Assembly: GCA_000002445.1 (NCBI GenBank)
Contig: CP000066.1
Location: forward strand, 1,216,001-1,280,000
Direction: 5' to 3'
From: Trypanosoma brucei
Lineage: Eukaryota
Length of the DNA: 64,000 nucleotides
The notes beneath the pieces were generated by a model, which was not told where the DNA came from, made no database searches, and saw only the letters and a program-made list of their open reading frames with translations. A program made the translations under genes and the position numbers. The stretch's first letter is position 1. Each line of letters opens with the position of its first letter. This document shows, one piece after another, positions 41,999-53,072 of this stretch.

Positions 41999-43699
41999 CT
42001 AGACGAGTTTAGCATAGAAGTCATTACCCTTGTCGTCCACAATAATGAATGCGGGGAAGTTCACAACCTCAATGCGCCATACGGCTTCCATACCCAGCTC
42101 TGGATATTCCACAACTTCAACCTTCTTGATGTTGTCCCTCGCAAGGATGGCCGCGGGGCCGCCAATACTTCCAAGGTAAAATCCACCGTACTTCTTGCAA
42201 GCGTCGGTAACGACTTTAGAGCGGTTCCCTTTTGCAAGGGTGACGAAACTGCCGCCCGCAGCCATGAATGGTGCCACGTAGGAATCCATTCGACCAGCGG
42301 TGGTAGGTCCAAAGGAACCGGACGCCATTCCCTTGGGAGTCTTTGCAGGCCCCGCGTAGTAAATCGGGTGATCCTTCATGTACTGCGGTAGTGGCTCATC
42401 GGCATTAAGTCGTTCCATGATCTTTGCGTGTGCGATGTCACGCGCCACGATAAGGGGACCAGTGAGGCTCAGCCGCGTTGTCACGGGGTATTGAGTAAGT
42501 AACTCACGAATCTTACTCATTGGCTGGTGGAGGTCCACTTCAACAGTGCCGTTCCCGAGGGACGTGAGTGGCACATCGGGAAGGTATTTGGCCGGGTCCC
42601 GCACGAGTTTCTCCAGGAACACACCTTCAGATGTTATCTTTCCTAGAATTTGACGGTCTGCACTGCAGGAGACGCCCAAACCAACAGGGCATGAAGCACC
42701 ATGGCGCGGTAGTCGAATGACACGGATCTGATGGGCGAAGTATTTTCCACCAAACTGCGCACCAATACCAAGATTACGCGTCATCTCCAGTATGATTTCT
42801 TCCCATTCAATGTCGCGGAAGGCCCTGCCGCTTTTGTTTCCAGTTGTCGGCAGGGAGTCGTAGTAGCGACAGGAGGCAAGTTTTACCGTTTTCATCGTCA
42901 TTTCCGCGCTGGTGCCCCCGATGACAAGTGCAATGTGATAAGGAGGGCAAGCTGAAGTGCCGAGAGTTTTCAGTTTTTCTTCAACAAAGGCGCGGAGAGA
43001 CTTCGGGTTTAGGAGAGCTTTCGTTTGCTGGTAGAGAAACGCCTTGTTGGCACTGCCACCGCCCTTTGCGACGAAGAGGAAATGATACTCATTTCCGGGC
43101 ACGGCCATCAGATCCATTTGCGCCGGCAGATTGTCGCCTGTATTTGCTTCCTTGAACATATCCAAGGCAGCAGTCTGGCTGTAGCGGAGGTTGCGACTCA
43201 CGTAGCATTTCCAGATGCCATGGGACAGATATTTCTCGTCTTCACCCCCCGTCCAACACAGCTCACCGCGCTTCCCCAATACAATGGCAGTACCCGTATC
43301 TTGACAGGCGGGAAGGATGCGGCCAGCAGCGACGCAGGCATTTTGCAGTAGCGTTGTAGCGACGAAGCGGTCATTATCAGTTGCCTCAGGGTCGTCAAGA
43401 ACACGGCGCCAGCCGGAGAGATGATCTTCGCGGAAGTAGTGATGCACGTCGGTGAAAGCGTGTTGCGCAAGTACGGTTAAGGCGGTGGGATCGACGCTCA
43501 ACACTTTACGGCCCATTACCTCGATTTCCTTTACGTAATCTCCGGGAATATTGTAGTATTCTGTCTTGTCATGGTGTGGATCGGAGGGTTGAAAGATGGG
43601 TTCGTAATGGAACTCTGTGGTAATGGGAAGAGTTTCCTCGATATCGTCAACACCATGGCAGTTCTCGCCAAGCTCACAGTTTTCGCAGAGACTCATCAC
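41999..43699 (-). CDS. FHc: Fumarate hydratase class I (Fe-S dependent fumarase), cytosolic-type (no presequence)
   Basis: 566 aa. It carries the fused alpha/beta class I fumarase signature blocks ([11 protein letters not shown]..., [65 protein letters not shown]). Confidence 0.85.
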   Translation of the reverse strand: MMSLCENCELGENCHGVDDIEETLPITTEFHYEPIFQPSDPHHDKTEYYNIPGDYVKEIEVMGRKVLSVDPTALTVLAQHAFTDVHHYFREDHLSGWRRVLDDPEATDNDRFVATTLLQNACVAAGRILPACQDTGTAIVLGKRGELCWTGGEDEKYLSHGIWKCYVSRNLRYSQTAALDMFKEANTGDNLPAQMDLMAVPGNEYHFLFVAKGGGSANKAFLYQQTKALLNPKSLRAFVEEKLKTLGTSACPPYHIALVIGGTSAEMTMKTVKLASCRYYDSLPTTGNKSGRAFRDIEWEEIILEMTRNLGIGAQFGGKYFAHQIRVIRLPRHGASCPVGLGVSCSADRQILGKITSEGVFLEKLVRDPAKYLPDVPLTSLGNGTVEVDLHQPMSKIRELLTQYPVTTRLSLTGPLIVARDIAHAKIMERLNADEPLPQYMKDHPIYYAGPAKTPKGMASGSFGPTTAGRMDSYVAPFMAAGGSFVTLAKGNRSKVVTDACKKYGGFYLGSIGGPAAILARDNIKKVEVVEYPELGMEAVWRIEVVNFPAFIIVDDKGNDFYAKLV

Positions 43700-44456
43700 T
43701 TACTTAATCCTCACCCTATCTTGCACGTACACGTATGTACTCGCGATATGTTTATTCCTTTTTTTTAAAAAAAAACTCTTTCCTACCTTGTACCTATGGC
43801 TTTCGTTCGGGTGAATCTCAGCCCCCTTCTCTTACTTTTTCTCTAAGTCTTTGCCCCTTACCTCTTTTTTTGAAAAAGTTTTCTTTGTCAGGTGGCGGGT
43901 TGTAATATTACTTTCAATTTTTGTTTTTCTTGATAAATTAACTCCTTCCAACCCGTCGCACGTGGGGTGTGCCGTGGCCAAAACAGCGACAGCAGAAGTG
44001 TTGGAGGCGGGGTGATAAAAAGAAGTGAGAGAAGAGAAGGCAACAAAAATGAGGCAAAGCAAACGGAAAGAGTTGCAGCCACCACGCCGCAAGAGGGATT
44101 CTCTTGTCTTTTAGTTCTCAATATGTATTTCTCATTCTCGTGCAGTTGTTTTCTTTTTTTCTTTTTAAGCCACACAGATGCGGAGCTGATGGTTCAAGCG
44201 CTGTTCCTTTCACCTACATCGCACCTTACCGTCCGTTCCCCGGCAGTGGGGAAGCAACACCAAGCAAACCAATGGAAAAAAAGTAAAGGAAAAACGCACA
44301 CTTTATTATCTAACATGACTCACATATCCTTTTCCATTAAAATACTAAACATGGTACAAAAAAAAAAAAGAAGAAAGACACGCATTCTCCACCAAGAACG
44401 GAGATCAGCTAATGTAAGCGTCAGCAACTTCCAATACGGGTTGGAATGGCGGTGCG

Positions 44457-47400
44457 TTAGTCAATGTACGGGACGCGGAGCAGCTCTGGCAGTCGCTCCA
44501 CGATCTCGTGTCGCACCTCCTGCAAGTTTTGTAAATCCGCCAGGCAGGCCTCAGCCACTTGAAGGAAATCACGGCGCGCCGCCGGATGGGCGTTGCAAAT
44601 GGCTTCCAGTGATACCGCCGTGCGGTTGTACAACTCCGCTGTGAGTTCTGCCACTTCCGCAATGGACCCCACCGAATCCTTTCCCGCGATTGCGTTGATG
44701 GTCTCGACCGCCAACCGCTTTGCGCTTGAAACCATCACTCTCTCGGCCCTTTCCTGATCGTGCCAGTGCGTGTTGGCCGCGACAACCGAGCGATGGTAGT
44801 CGTCTTTCTTGCCTTCGCCAATCGTTGTGCTGCTATCATTGTCTGTAAGTATGCAACTTAATTGGATATTCCTATTCTCACGCTCTAGCTTAATAATTCG
44901 TTCATCCCTAGTGGCAATTACTCGTTGCAACTCCAGCAACTCCTGGAGTAGTTTAGTATTATTCCTTTTGAGCTCCCTATTTTTGCGTGAAAGCGTCTCT
45001 GTGCCCAATACCTGATTCCTAAGGGCCTCATTGTTCATACTCCTCTGTTCATTTACGAAAGCAACTGCTGTGTGGATGCCATCTGACACCTCATGAAGAA
45101 GTCCCCCAAGTTGCGTCTTCCACGAGCCCGTCATCGCTTCTCTAAGCGACCACGCCTCCTCCTTTAACGCAGCCGCATCACGCAGAAGTTCCTTAAGAGA
45201 CCGTCTCCACACTGCCACTGCGCCCAGCCTCCGTTGGACTAGCTCATCCAGGCAATCATGATTTTCAGTCCGAATGAGGTGAAGCAACAGAAGCTCAGTG
45301 ACAGGTGCCTCGGATTCAAGGGAACTGGTGCTTGGCAGTGAATTGAGCACAACCGCCAGCATTCTAAGAATCAAATTCTGCTGATGCTGTTTTCTTGCTA
45401 CTTGCAGCGAATTCGTTTCCTCAGCCTCTCTCGCATCGTACACTGCTTGTTTTCGGCGCTCACAGACGTACTTCATCCACAAAACGAGGCACCCCCCGAG
45501 GCGCACCCTGGGTACTACTCTTTCCAACAATCGCGCTATATGCACCGCGCGCCGTCTTGCAAGACGCTCCTCGATCCCCTTTTGCTCACTGAGTTTCTCT
45601 GTGCCGTCGAGGAGCTTCTGGTTGACCTGGTTTAGCCGATCCACCTCTTTCGTGAGTTTTTTAATCAGAGAGGAGTGCCGGTCGGTGCAGCGCGCCACCT
45701 CATCCCTAAGCGTTTCTTTTTCACTCTGCAGTAGCGCCACCTTCGCGGTTAACATCACCAACCGATCGCTGACGCTACCCTTCCAGCTGCTCTTATCGCT
45801 TGTTTCAGCTGCATGACGGTTGAGCACTTTCTTCAACTCCTTTGTGTGTCTTGCGAGCGATTGTATCATGTCCCTGTCGCACGGCGGTGTGTGTAAATGG
45901 GTGGGGCCAACATGTGTGCCGTCAAGGACGGTTAATAGTTCCGCACACGCGCCATGTAGCCCCAGAAATTCTTCGGCGGTCCGACGTACACCGCGCAGGA
46001 GAGTGCGTAAGATTTCGCTGCATCGCATGGCGTCATCATCATTACCTCCGACCGGTATGTTTTCGTGACGGGAAGCTACTACTTTCGATGTCTGCTCATC
46101 CACAACACCCACCTTCTGTTCCACCGTTGTTAGTTCCCACCGTCGCAACATAGCGGCCACGCTTGAGCGACCCTCGGTCTCCACGCCATTATCGTACAGT
46201 GTGCTAACGTGATTCAAGCCCTTCATGAGTGACACACACTCGGCTTCTACCATCTGCAATCCCTTAAGCTTATTTTGCAGCTGAACAACCATGTCATGCA
46301 TACAAAACTTGCCGGTATCATTTGCTTTCATCGCCGTCTTTGCTTCCATAACGGCCCTGCCGAGCTCCTCACACATCGTCAAGAGGCGGGTTCCCTCAGG
46401 GAAGCGCGCCACAGACGAGTTAATGCCATTATTCTCGCCCAAAAATTCCTCACCATCGTAAGTGCCGCCGCTGAGTGCAACTACAGAGCGTCGGATAACG
46501 CTTCGAAGTTCCTTCAACTCAATGTCTTTGAGGTTGATACAATCACGTACCGCGTTTATAATCGGCTCAGCCCGTTTCATCGGGTAATGTAAGTAGTCGC
46601 TGGTGTTTCGCGATATTGACAGTTGCGGCCTCTCTAAGGAATTCAACCTGCTGTCATTACAACTTTCACTGCTTACGCTGGCACAGCTTTCCCTTCCACT
46701 GCCTATTGCAGACAAATCAAAAATTAGCTGCTGCAACTCGTTGTACACCGTCTCATAGGCGTCAACTGCCTCCTTTTGCTGCTCATGTAGACCCTGCACC
46801 ATCTTCACGAGGCCACTGTACGACACAAATCGCGATGTTTCAGTAGATGCATCACCAGTGGAGGGTACTTTGCTTTGCACGTCCTGCGCTGACATTTTGG
46901 GTGGCGGCCTGGTGCTAAGGAGGATATGACGTATCTTCGAGAGGGCGTCAGAGGCTACCTCGCTCTCATACCGCAACAATGCTGCCAGTTCACACACCTT
47001 TACACCTGTCAGTTCCTCTTTGGCATCTATGGTGGTGGTGTCCCGCTGATGTTGGGCAGTCATTGAACACCAGCTCTGGATCAGCCCCACGGCTTGCTCC
47101 GCTGCTTCAGCGAGAACATGCACTTGCTCCCTTGTGCAGTTGGCAGTCTTCTGCTGGTTACTCATATATTCATCAGCCTCTTGCTGTCTCTCGTACAAAC
47201 ATTTTAGAGCATCATCCACGTTCTCGAGAACGGCGACAGTTGAGGGCACTCCGTTCATCAGTGTGTCCCCATGTGACAGCTGATCCTTTAGAAGTTCAAG
47301 TGTTTCCCAGTCCACAAAGGAGCCCCCCGTCACGTTATGGCGATGAGGTTCACGACTCTGCTCCGGTGTTGGCGTTTGGTTGAAATTGTTCACCCTCCCA

Positions 47401-48452
47401 CGGAATAAGTTAGGTGGGGAACACTTTTGAGATATCGCTAAAATATTTTCCCCAGTGCTCTGCAGAACGTTTCGCATGTACTTTGTCAGGGTCGAGCTGC
47501 TGTGCAACTCATCCATCAACTCATCGAATGTACCATCCAATTTAGAGATGTGCTGACAGACGGACTGAACAACGTCACTTAAAGTTCCCGAACCTTCGTT
47601 TTCCATTGGAAGTACACTTCGCAATTCGCTCACGGCTTTGTGTACATCCGTGGCCGCGGCCCGCAACAACTGCAGCGATTCTTCATCCCCAACACTATCC
47701 GATAAAACATTTTGCCCCTTCTCTGCCTGTGGTGCCACTCCTTGAGAGTTGGTTTCTGCCCAGGATGATACATGTAGCAAACTAACAGCTTCTCTAACGG
47801 CCTGACGATAGTTCTCCAGCTCACGAAATTGGCGGTTGCGGTGCGCCTCCATATTCGTTAAGAGCGATTTAAAGGCCTCCTCACGCTCCTGTTGTCCTTC
47901 GCAATGCTGTTCCATCATTTCAATATCAGTGAGTAACTTCTCATTCTGTTGGGTAAGCTCGTACAACCTCCGTGCAAGTCTTTCCTCCCGTTGCTGATGG
48001 ACGAAACATCGCCATTGGTGGAAGCTGCAGAGGAGTTGCCTTTCCCTCGTCTTATTCTTCAATAGTTCCGTGTTAGTGCAACGACGCTGGCGAATCCGCC
48101 TAAGCCACTCGCGCCACTGTTGGAAGTAGCGGACGCCCAAGTTAACGAAGTCTTGGTTAGTGGGAAATACAACAATGCGTGGTAGTCCTTCGAACCCTAA
48201 CGAACCGGCTAAATGGCGCCGCGTATTGTAAAACCAACGCAAAAAATGCGTCACGACTAGCCTCCTAACAGCGTTGTGCTTTAACAAAGTGGCACATCGT
48301 CCTAGGTGTTTTTTTCGTTTACCCTTTTCCACATGCCGCTGAAGTTTGACGAAGTACCTGCTCATGAGGAGCAGGTCAGCCTGCTTGCGGACACCGCTCA
48401 GCACAATCATACTATCTTCTTGTTTTTCTCGCAAAATCATTACTTCACCCAT
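44457..48452 (-). CDS. Large coiled-coil protein (1331 aa), hypothetical
   Basis: A long uninterrupted ORF with extended heptad and charged segments. No enzymatic motif was recognised. Confidence 0.6.
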   Translation of the reverse strand: MGEVMILREKQEDSMIVLSGVRKQADLLLMSRYFVKLQRHVEKGKRKKHLGRCATLLKHNAVRRLVVTHFLRWFYNTRRHLAGSLGFEGLPRIVVFPTNQDFVNLGVRYFQQWREWLRRIRQRRCTNTELLKNKTRERQLLCSFHQWRCFVHQQREERLARRLYELTQQNEKLLTDIEMMEQHCEGQQEREEAFKSLLTNMEAHRNRQFRELENYRQAVREAVSLLHVSSWAETNSQGVAPQAEKGQNVLSDSVGDEESLQLLRAAATDVHKAVSELRSVLPMENEGSGTLSDVVQSVCQHISKLDGTFDELMDELHSSSTLTKYMRNVLQSTGENILAISQKCSPPNLFRGRVNNFNQTPTPEQSREPHRHNVTGGSFVDWETLELLKDQLSHGDTLMNGVPSTVAVLENVDDALKCLYERQQEADEYMSNQQKTANCTREQVHVLAEAAEQAVGLIQSWCSMTAQHQRDTTTIDAKEELTGVKVCELAALLRYESEVASDALSKIRHILLSTRPPPKMSAQDVQSKVPSTGDASTETSRFVSYSGLVKMVQGLHEQQKEAVDAYETVYNELQQLIFDLSAIGSGRESCASVSSESCNDSRLNSLERPQLSISRNTSDYLHYPMKRAEPIINAVRDCINLKDIELKELRSVIRRSVVALSGGTYDGEEFLGENNGINSSVARFPEGTRLLTMCEELGRAVMEAKTAMKANDTGKFCMHDMVVQLQNKLKGLQMVEAECVSLMKGLNHVSTLYDNGVETEGRSSVAAMLRRWELTTVEQKVGVVDEQTSKVVASRHENIPVGGNDDDAMRCSEILRTLLRGVRRTAEEFLGLHGACAELLTVLDGTHVGPTHLHTPPCDRDMIQSLARHTKELKKVLNRHAAETSDKSSWKGSVSDRLVMLTAKVALLQSEKETLRDEVARCTDRHSSLIKKLTKEVDRLNQVNQKLLDGTEKLSEQKGIEERLARRRAVHIARLLERVVPRVRLGGCLVLWMKYVCERRKQAVYDAREAEETNSLQVARKQHQQNLILRMLAVVLNSLPSTSSLESEAPVTELLLLHLIRTENHDCLDELVQRRLGAVAVWRRSLKELLRDAAALKEEAWSLREAMTGSWKTQLGGLLHEVSDGIHTAVAFVNEQRSMNNEALRNQVLGTETLSRKNRELKRNNTKLLQELLELQRVIATRDERIIKLERENRNIQLSCILTDNDSSTTIGEGKKDDYHRSVVAANTHWHDQERAERVMVSSAKRLAVETINAIAGKDSVGSIAEVAELTAELYNRTAVSLEAICNAHPAARRDFLQVAEACLADLQNLQEVRHEIVERLPELLRVPYID

Positions 48453-48704
48453 TATATACAGCTTCTATATATCTATATATTCAGTCGCTCTCCTACAATT
48501 CCCTCTTTTGCTTGTTCCTCAACCGCCTAAAAAAAAAACGGATGCGCCTCCTAGTGCGAATACTTTGCACACGCATACAAACACTGTGACAGTACAGATA
48601 CACCTTGGCGGCTGTTTCACCAGTTATGCACAAAACAAGGTGGACAAACCCTTTCTTGCGCCTGACCAGAGGGATTGGACATAGGTAAAAAGATAAGGAA
48701 AAAA

Positions 48705-48705
<1 letters not shown>

Positions 48706-48744
<39 letters not shown>
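48706..48744. repeat. (TA)~19 microsatellite
   Basis: A direct repeat is visible. Confidence 0.95.
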
Positions 48745-48748
<4 letters not shown>

Positions 48749-49163
48749 GTGGACAATGATGACACAAACATATTCGGGTGAAGTGAAGACGTAAGGGAAG
48801 TAATGGGCCAAATGCAACCCATTCCCCTTCCCTTGATGGACAGCTGCTCCTTCTTTCCTCTTTTCCCACTTGTACTTCAGGGTTAAAGCAGAGAGCTGCA
48901 GCATGTGGTCGGTTAAGACGCCCACGCACACATACATAAGTACGTATGAAAGCACAGAAGGAAACCTAGCCCCATGCACAAAGAAAAATAGAACAATACG
49001 GCAGCTGATCGTTAACGACAACAACAACAACCACTCCGTAATTAAATGTGAAGAGAAAATAAATGCCATGAAACAAAAGAAAAAAAAAACTGTGCCACCA
49101 CCCACGCTAACAACGGTGCATGTCTTGCAAAACGAGTAACAATGATCCATCATACGGCATTAC

Positions 49164-50018
49164 TCAAATAATGGCGGTGAGAGTTGTAGCGATATGTGTT
49201 GGTAATCCACCGGCCGTGTCGCACATGCGGTTCAAGTGCCGCAGCCGCTCTTCACTGTTTATCCATCCATCTGATGAAAACTTCTGGCAACGGCGGATGA
49301 GGAAACACATCGGAATGAGCAATAACTCGGGCTCCTCACCAACGATAAGTATTTTGTCCAACGCTGCCCGAAGGAAAAATGATGAGAAGTGCTCAAACGT
49401 CAGAAGTCCCGACTCCTGTAAATCATACACGGAACGTTGAAGCACCTCAGCAGCGCTCCAACCATCAGCAGTAAAAACACACACGTTACTCCTTTGACCC
49501 TTTTCTGAATCTGCTGCATGGCTGACTGTCTTTGCATTCAGCAACAGCTTAGCGACGCGCAGTAGAAACCCAGCAGCGACAGATGGGGTTAACTGGTGGG
49601 ATCCGACCAAGTGAACCACAGCGGACGGAAGCAGGCACAATGGTGCGGGGGTTCCACCACTAAACCAATCCGCCACAATGCCTGCCCGCTCGTACCAATC
49701 TGTAATGTGCACAATTTTAGAATGAAGTACAAGCTGGAGGAGTGTACCGTGAATAGGACTTGAGTGAAGGTACTCTGTGACTGAATGGGCGGTGAGATCA
49801 CCTTTCTTCAAGGCTCTGTATCTCCTTACAGCTTCCGCTTCCCAATCGCTGAGCGGAAAGTTCGCAGCTGCGTGTCCGCCGCACGTGCTTCCAGGAGAAG
49901 TGGCACCTCGCAACACTTCACCACCCTGCACGTTTCTCATAGCGTGAGTGCCATCTGATCGTGGGCCACCCTTCTCGGGCAGTAATTGGTTCCAACTCGG
50001 CACGGTTGCGATTTGCAT
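49164..50018 (-). CDS. Hypothetical protein, 284 aa
   Basis: ORF in the transcribed orientation. No motif was recognised. Confidence 0.4.
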   Translation of the reverse strand: MQIATVPSWNQLLPEKGGPRSDGTHAMRNVQGGEVLRGATSPGSTCGGHAAANFPLSDWEAEAVRRYRALKKGDLTAHSVTEYLHSSPIHGTLLQLVLHSKIVHITDWYERAGIVADWFSGGTPAPLCLLPSAVVHLVGSHQLTPSVAAGFLLRVAKLLLNAKTVSHAADSEKGQRSNVCVFTADGWSAAEVLQRSVYDLQESGLLTFEHFSSFFLRAALDKILIVGEEPELLLIPMCFLIRRCQKFSSDGWINSEERLRHLNRMCDTAGGLPTHIATTLTAII

Positions 50019-50276
50019 CCTGCGGCCTTGCGTGGGCTGGCGACCGCAGAAAATAAAGAGAACTTTATGGTCCCCGGTGATATTATCTTTGGTTACCCCC
50101 CCTTTTCTACGAATGCGCCCTGAGAGGGAAAAGAGGAGTGATATTAGGGTTACAAAACCGAATTATTTTCGAAGACAGTCACAGCAAAGGAAACACCTTC
50201 GTGTGCGCCATATGACCAAGGATATGGAGAGCAAATGTGGCTTGAAGAGAGCAGTGAAGGAGGTACCTCCTCCATG

Positions 50277-51050
50277 TCAACCAGATATAACGACGGTAAC
50301 GTCGATGGGAGGTGCCGGCCGCGCTGTCAAATTCTTTTGTGCTATGGAAGCGCTGCGAAGCGCAGATGCCTCACTTTGTGCATAGACAAACAAGTTTAAG
50401 GGTCCTACAACACCTTCTTCTCGTCGCATTACAGCCACAGACGATAAATTGCGCCAGCACTCTGCGCATGGGAACGCTACCCCACTGCAAGATGCATCAG
50501 CATCACTGACTTCACCACTGCCCTTGTGCACTTCACCGCTGCAGACGTGGCCGCATGCAGCAGACACGTCTCCTTCCGAAGGTGTGGAACAAGTCACAGC
50601 ACACAAGTACACGTCGTTGATGGAGGTGTAGCAATGCCCGCTCGCGGCTGCCACCCCGAGCGCATTTTGCTCGGCACATCCTCTAAGAATCCCCTTCAGT
50701 GTCTTTCCAGCGTTAAACGAGCGATGAAGGGCGTAATTCACACCTGTAGCACAAAGTTCATTTCCTGAATTCAACCCCAGTGAGGGTGAACAACGGGTTT
50801 GGCTTCGACCCCCAACAACAGAACATGCGACAAACGTCCCCTTGCCACTGAGAGATTCCGTAACCCCTGTCACCAGCTGGCACAACCTCCATAAGTGATG
50901 CTGTTGATGGGGACGGAGTGAAGAAAGACGCCGTATGTGTATGTTATCAGTGGTTAAGGCGTGCGGCGCTGCGTGCCGCTGTTGCACAGAGGTACACGAA
51001 TGTGGTGTCCATATCCTCGCCATGGCATCAACGACGCGACACATCAACAA
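50277..51050 (-). CDS. Hypothetical protein with cytidine/deoxycytidylate-deaminase-like zinc motifs (CAE ... PCxxC), atypical spacing
   Basis: GCAEQNALGVAA resembles the (H/C)AE block, and FPCAECWRNL resembles PCxxC. They are separated by ~70 residues, longer than in canonical CDA, and an extra ACGHVC sits between them. Confidence 0.3.
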   Translation of the reverse strand: MLMCRVVDAMARIWTPHSCTSVQQRHAAPHALTTDNIHIRRLSSLRPHQQHHLWRLCQLVTGVTESLSGKGTFVACSVVGGRSQTRCSPSLGLNSGNELCATGVNYALHRSFNAGKTLKGILRGCAEQNALGVAAASGHCYTSINDVYLCAVTCSTPSEGDVSAACGHVCSGEVHKGSGEVSDADASCSGVAFPCAECWRNLSSVAVMRREEGVVGPLNLFVYAQSEASALRSASIAQKNLTARPAPPIDVTVVISG

Positions 51051-51257
51051 TAGCTAAACATGCAGCACAACATGTGGCGTTAAATGAAGAAGCACACATA
51101 TTCACCAAGGTTGTTCATGAACACGGTATTTGTGAGAGAAGTGATTCAGCATGTGGTGATTATGTGTAGAGAAAGATATTGGCTCGTGACACGAATACAC
51201 ACGCAAGGAACAAAGCTCATTAACATTCCTCACCCTCGTTATTCCACATTATGTGGC

Positions 51258-52754
51258 TTATGTCAGTGGTTTCTTCCATACTTTACTTATGAACTGGAAA
51301 CTGGTGCTGAAAATATGGGGCCAGAACCTAACTCCTACTTCTTCAGCACCTTCTCTCGCTAAACCGGTAGTTACTCCATATGGGTCACCCGCAGCCGCCA
51401 GCCGCTGCTTCAGCAGCCCTACCTGCGTGCCGCTAAGTATCACTATTGGAGACACCTGCGCTTCTAACCCCACCTCGTGCTCGTAACAAAATGGCGAGCA
51501 TAAAACTGCCTCACCCCCGTATCGTTCCATTGTTTCTGCGTCTGCATTAACGGAGTGCATCATTTCCTGGACGATCCCTTCATTTTGTTGATAAGTGAAG
51601 GAACAAGTGCAATACACCAGGGTTCCACCGGGGTTTAGCTGAGCATAACCGTTTGTGAGGAGTTGAAGCTGAAGCTGTTGTAGGGGAGACACCTTCCTCA
51701 CCTCTGCGTTCGCAAATTCGTTACCATCTGGGAGACTCAAGTTTAGTCGCTGCATGCGCTGTTCATTGTTGATTGCCTGAGACGCAACATCCGCATCGCC
51801 GTCATGTCCTGCAAATGGCCTCTTTGTGCCACCTCCCAGAAACATGTGGGCAAGTGAGCCGTCGTGAGAACACTCGGCATCAACAAGCACGCGGTCAAAC
51901 CCATAGTGTTTCTGATTGGCACTTTCACCACTCTGAACAAGGCGCTTTCTGGCTTCGTCACATGTGAAAACAAGTGCTACCTGGTCGTCTTCGTCCCGCG
52001 TGACCGTGCCATCTGATGAGTCAGCAGCTCCACCGGCCCGCCGCTTCTTCATATACCGCAGCCGCCGCTCTTCTAAGGCCGTCAGTCCGTCGGTGTTGGA
52101 TTTTCCACGATAAAGTTTAGCTGCCTGTGCCACTGCGACTGCAGTACGGAGCGCGAACGACGTTCCGTCCGCGACAAACAAGCACACGTTGTTGGCCCTG
52201 TGTTTCTTCATCACAGAGCGAGCAGCGAACAACCGGTCCAGGTTGATATCCGTACCGACAGCACTCCCTTCTTCCCCGATGGCGTCTGCTATGAAACTCA
52301 ACTTCATTCCAGGCGAGCAACACACGTCCCAAACAGTTTCGCCTCGTCTTGGACGGAGCGCCACCACTGCTGCAATGGAGGCTGCATCCATCGCAGAAAC
52401 GACTCCACTCCGGTAAAGCTCGAGTTGGCTCACCGCAGTGTCGCGTGGAAGGGCCAAACAATACGGCCGGGGGAGCCACTCCACCTCGTAGACACAACCC
52501 GTAGGACCACCGACAGCAGTTGAGAGCTCGTGTATAACATCGCTCGGCACCCGAGAGCCTTGATCACATGAACAAGGTAATATTCTCTGTTGTGCATCAC
52601 TTGGTCGTATCCGTACATAGCGTGGCATGCGCGGCAGCAGTTCCCTTAGGTCATGAAATAGCTGCGGGGGCAACCGATGAGCACGACAGTAGTTGATGAA
52701 CTCTTCCGTGAAGGAGCTGGGGTAGTTTTGAGACGCATCATCACTCATAAGCAA
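51258..52754 (-). CDS. NOL1/NOP2/Sun-family RNA (cytosine-C5)-methyltransferase
   Basis: Motif I is DVCCSPGMK (D-x-CAAPGGK-like). Motif IV is FDRVLVDAECSHDG. Motif VI is GGTLVYCTCS. The ORF is 498 aa. Confidence 0.7.
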   Translation of the reverse strand: MLMSDDASQNYPSSFTEEFINYCRAHRLPPQLFHDLRELLPRMPRYVRIRPSDAQQRILPCSCDQGSRVPSDVIHELSTAVGGPTGCVYEVEWLPRPYCLALPRDTAVSQLELYRSGVVSAMDAASIAAVVALRPRRGETVWDVCCSPGMKLSFIADAIGEEGSAVGTDINLDRLFAARSVMKKHRANNVCLFVADGTSFALRTAVAVAQAAKLYRGKSNTDGLTALEERRLRYMKKRRAGGAADSSDGTVTRDEDDQVALVFTCDEARKRLVQSGESANQKHYGFDRVLVDAECSHDGSLAHMFLGGGTKRPFAGHDGDADVASQAINNEQRMQRLNLSLPDGNEFANAEVRKVSPLQQLQLQLLTNGYAQLNPGGTLVYCTCSFTYQQNEGIVQEMMHSVNADAETMERYGGEAVLCSPFCYEHEVGLEAQVSPIVILSGTQVGLLKQRLAAAGDPYGVTTGLAREGAEEVGVRFWPHIFSTSFQFISKVWKKPLT

Positions 52755-53072
52755 TCCGTACTACGCACCCTGACTCTTGCAAAGAACAAAAGCGTGGAGG
52801 CGAAAGAGCATACGAAAGAAAGGATAAGCAGTAAAGTCGCATGAGCTGAACCAATGGACAGTGAGAAGGAGGCAACGCCTATGGTACCGCGCGCATGAGT
52901 GATATGGTTAACGGTTAGGCGCATCCCACGACCTTCCGTACGCTCAACTCCAATAAACTCACTTTGCAAACGCGTGGTTTTTTTTTCTTCCCGCCACACA
53001 TCACATACACAGATAGCAACAGGCGAAACGATAATGCGAGCTAACTATTACCTGCGGCGGTCGATCCTATCA

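Noticed and set aside
40232-41999. 1.8-kb gap between the farnesyltransferase alpha and fumarase genes as a possible missing gene
   Set aside because: The region is AT-rich low complexity with homopolymer runs. It has no ORF >90 codons on the minus strand. It is consistent with a long 3' UTR/intergenic spacer.
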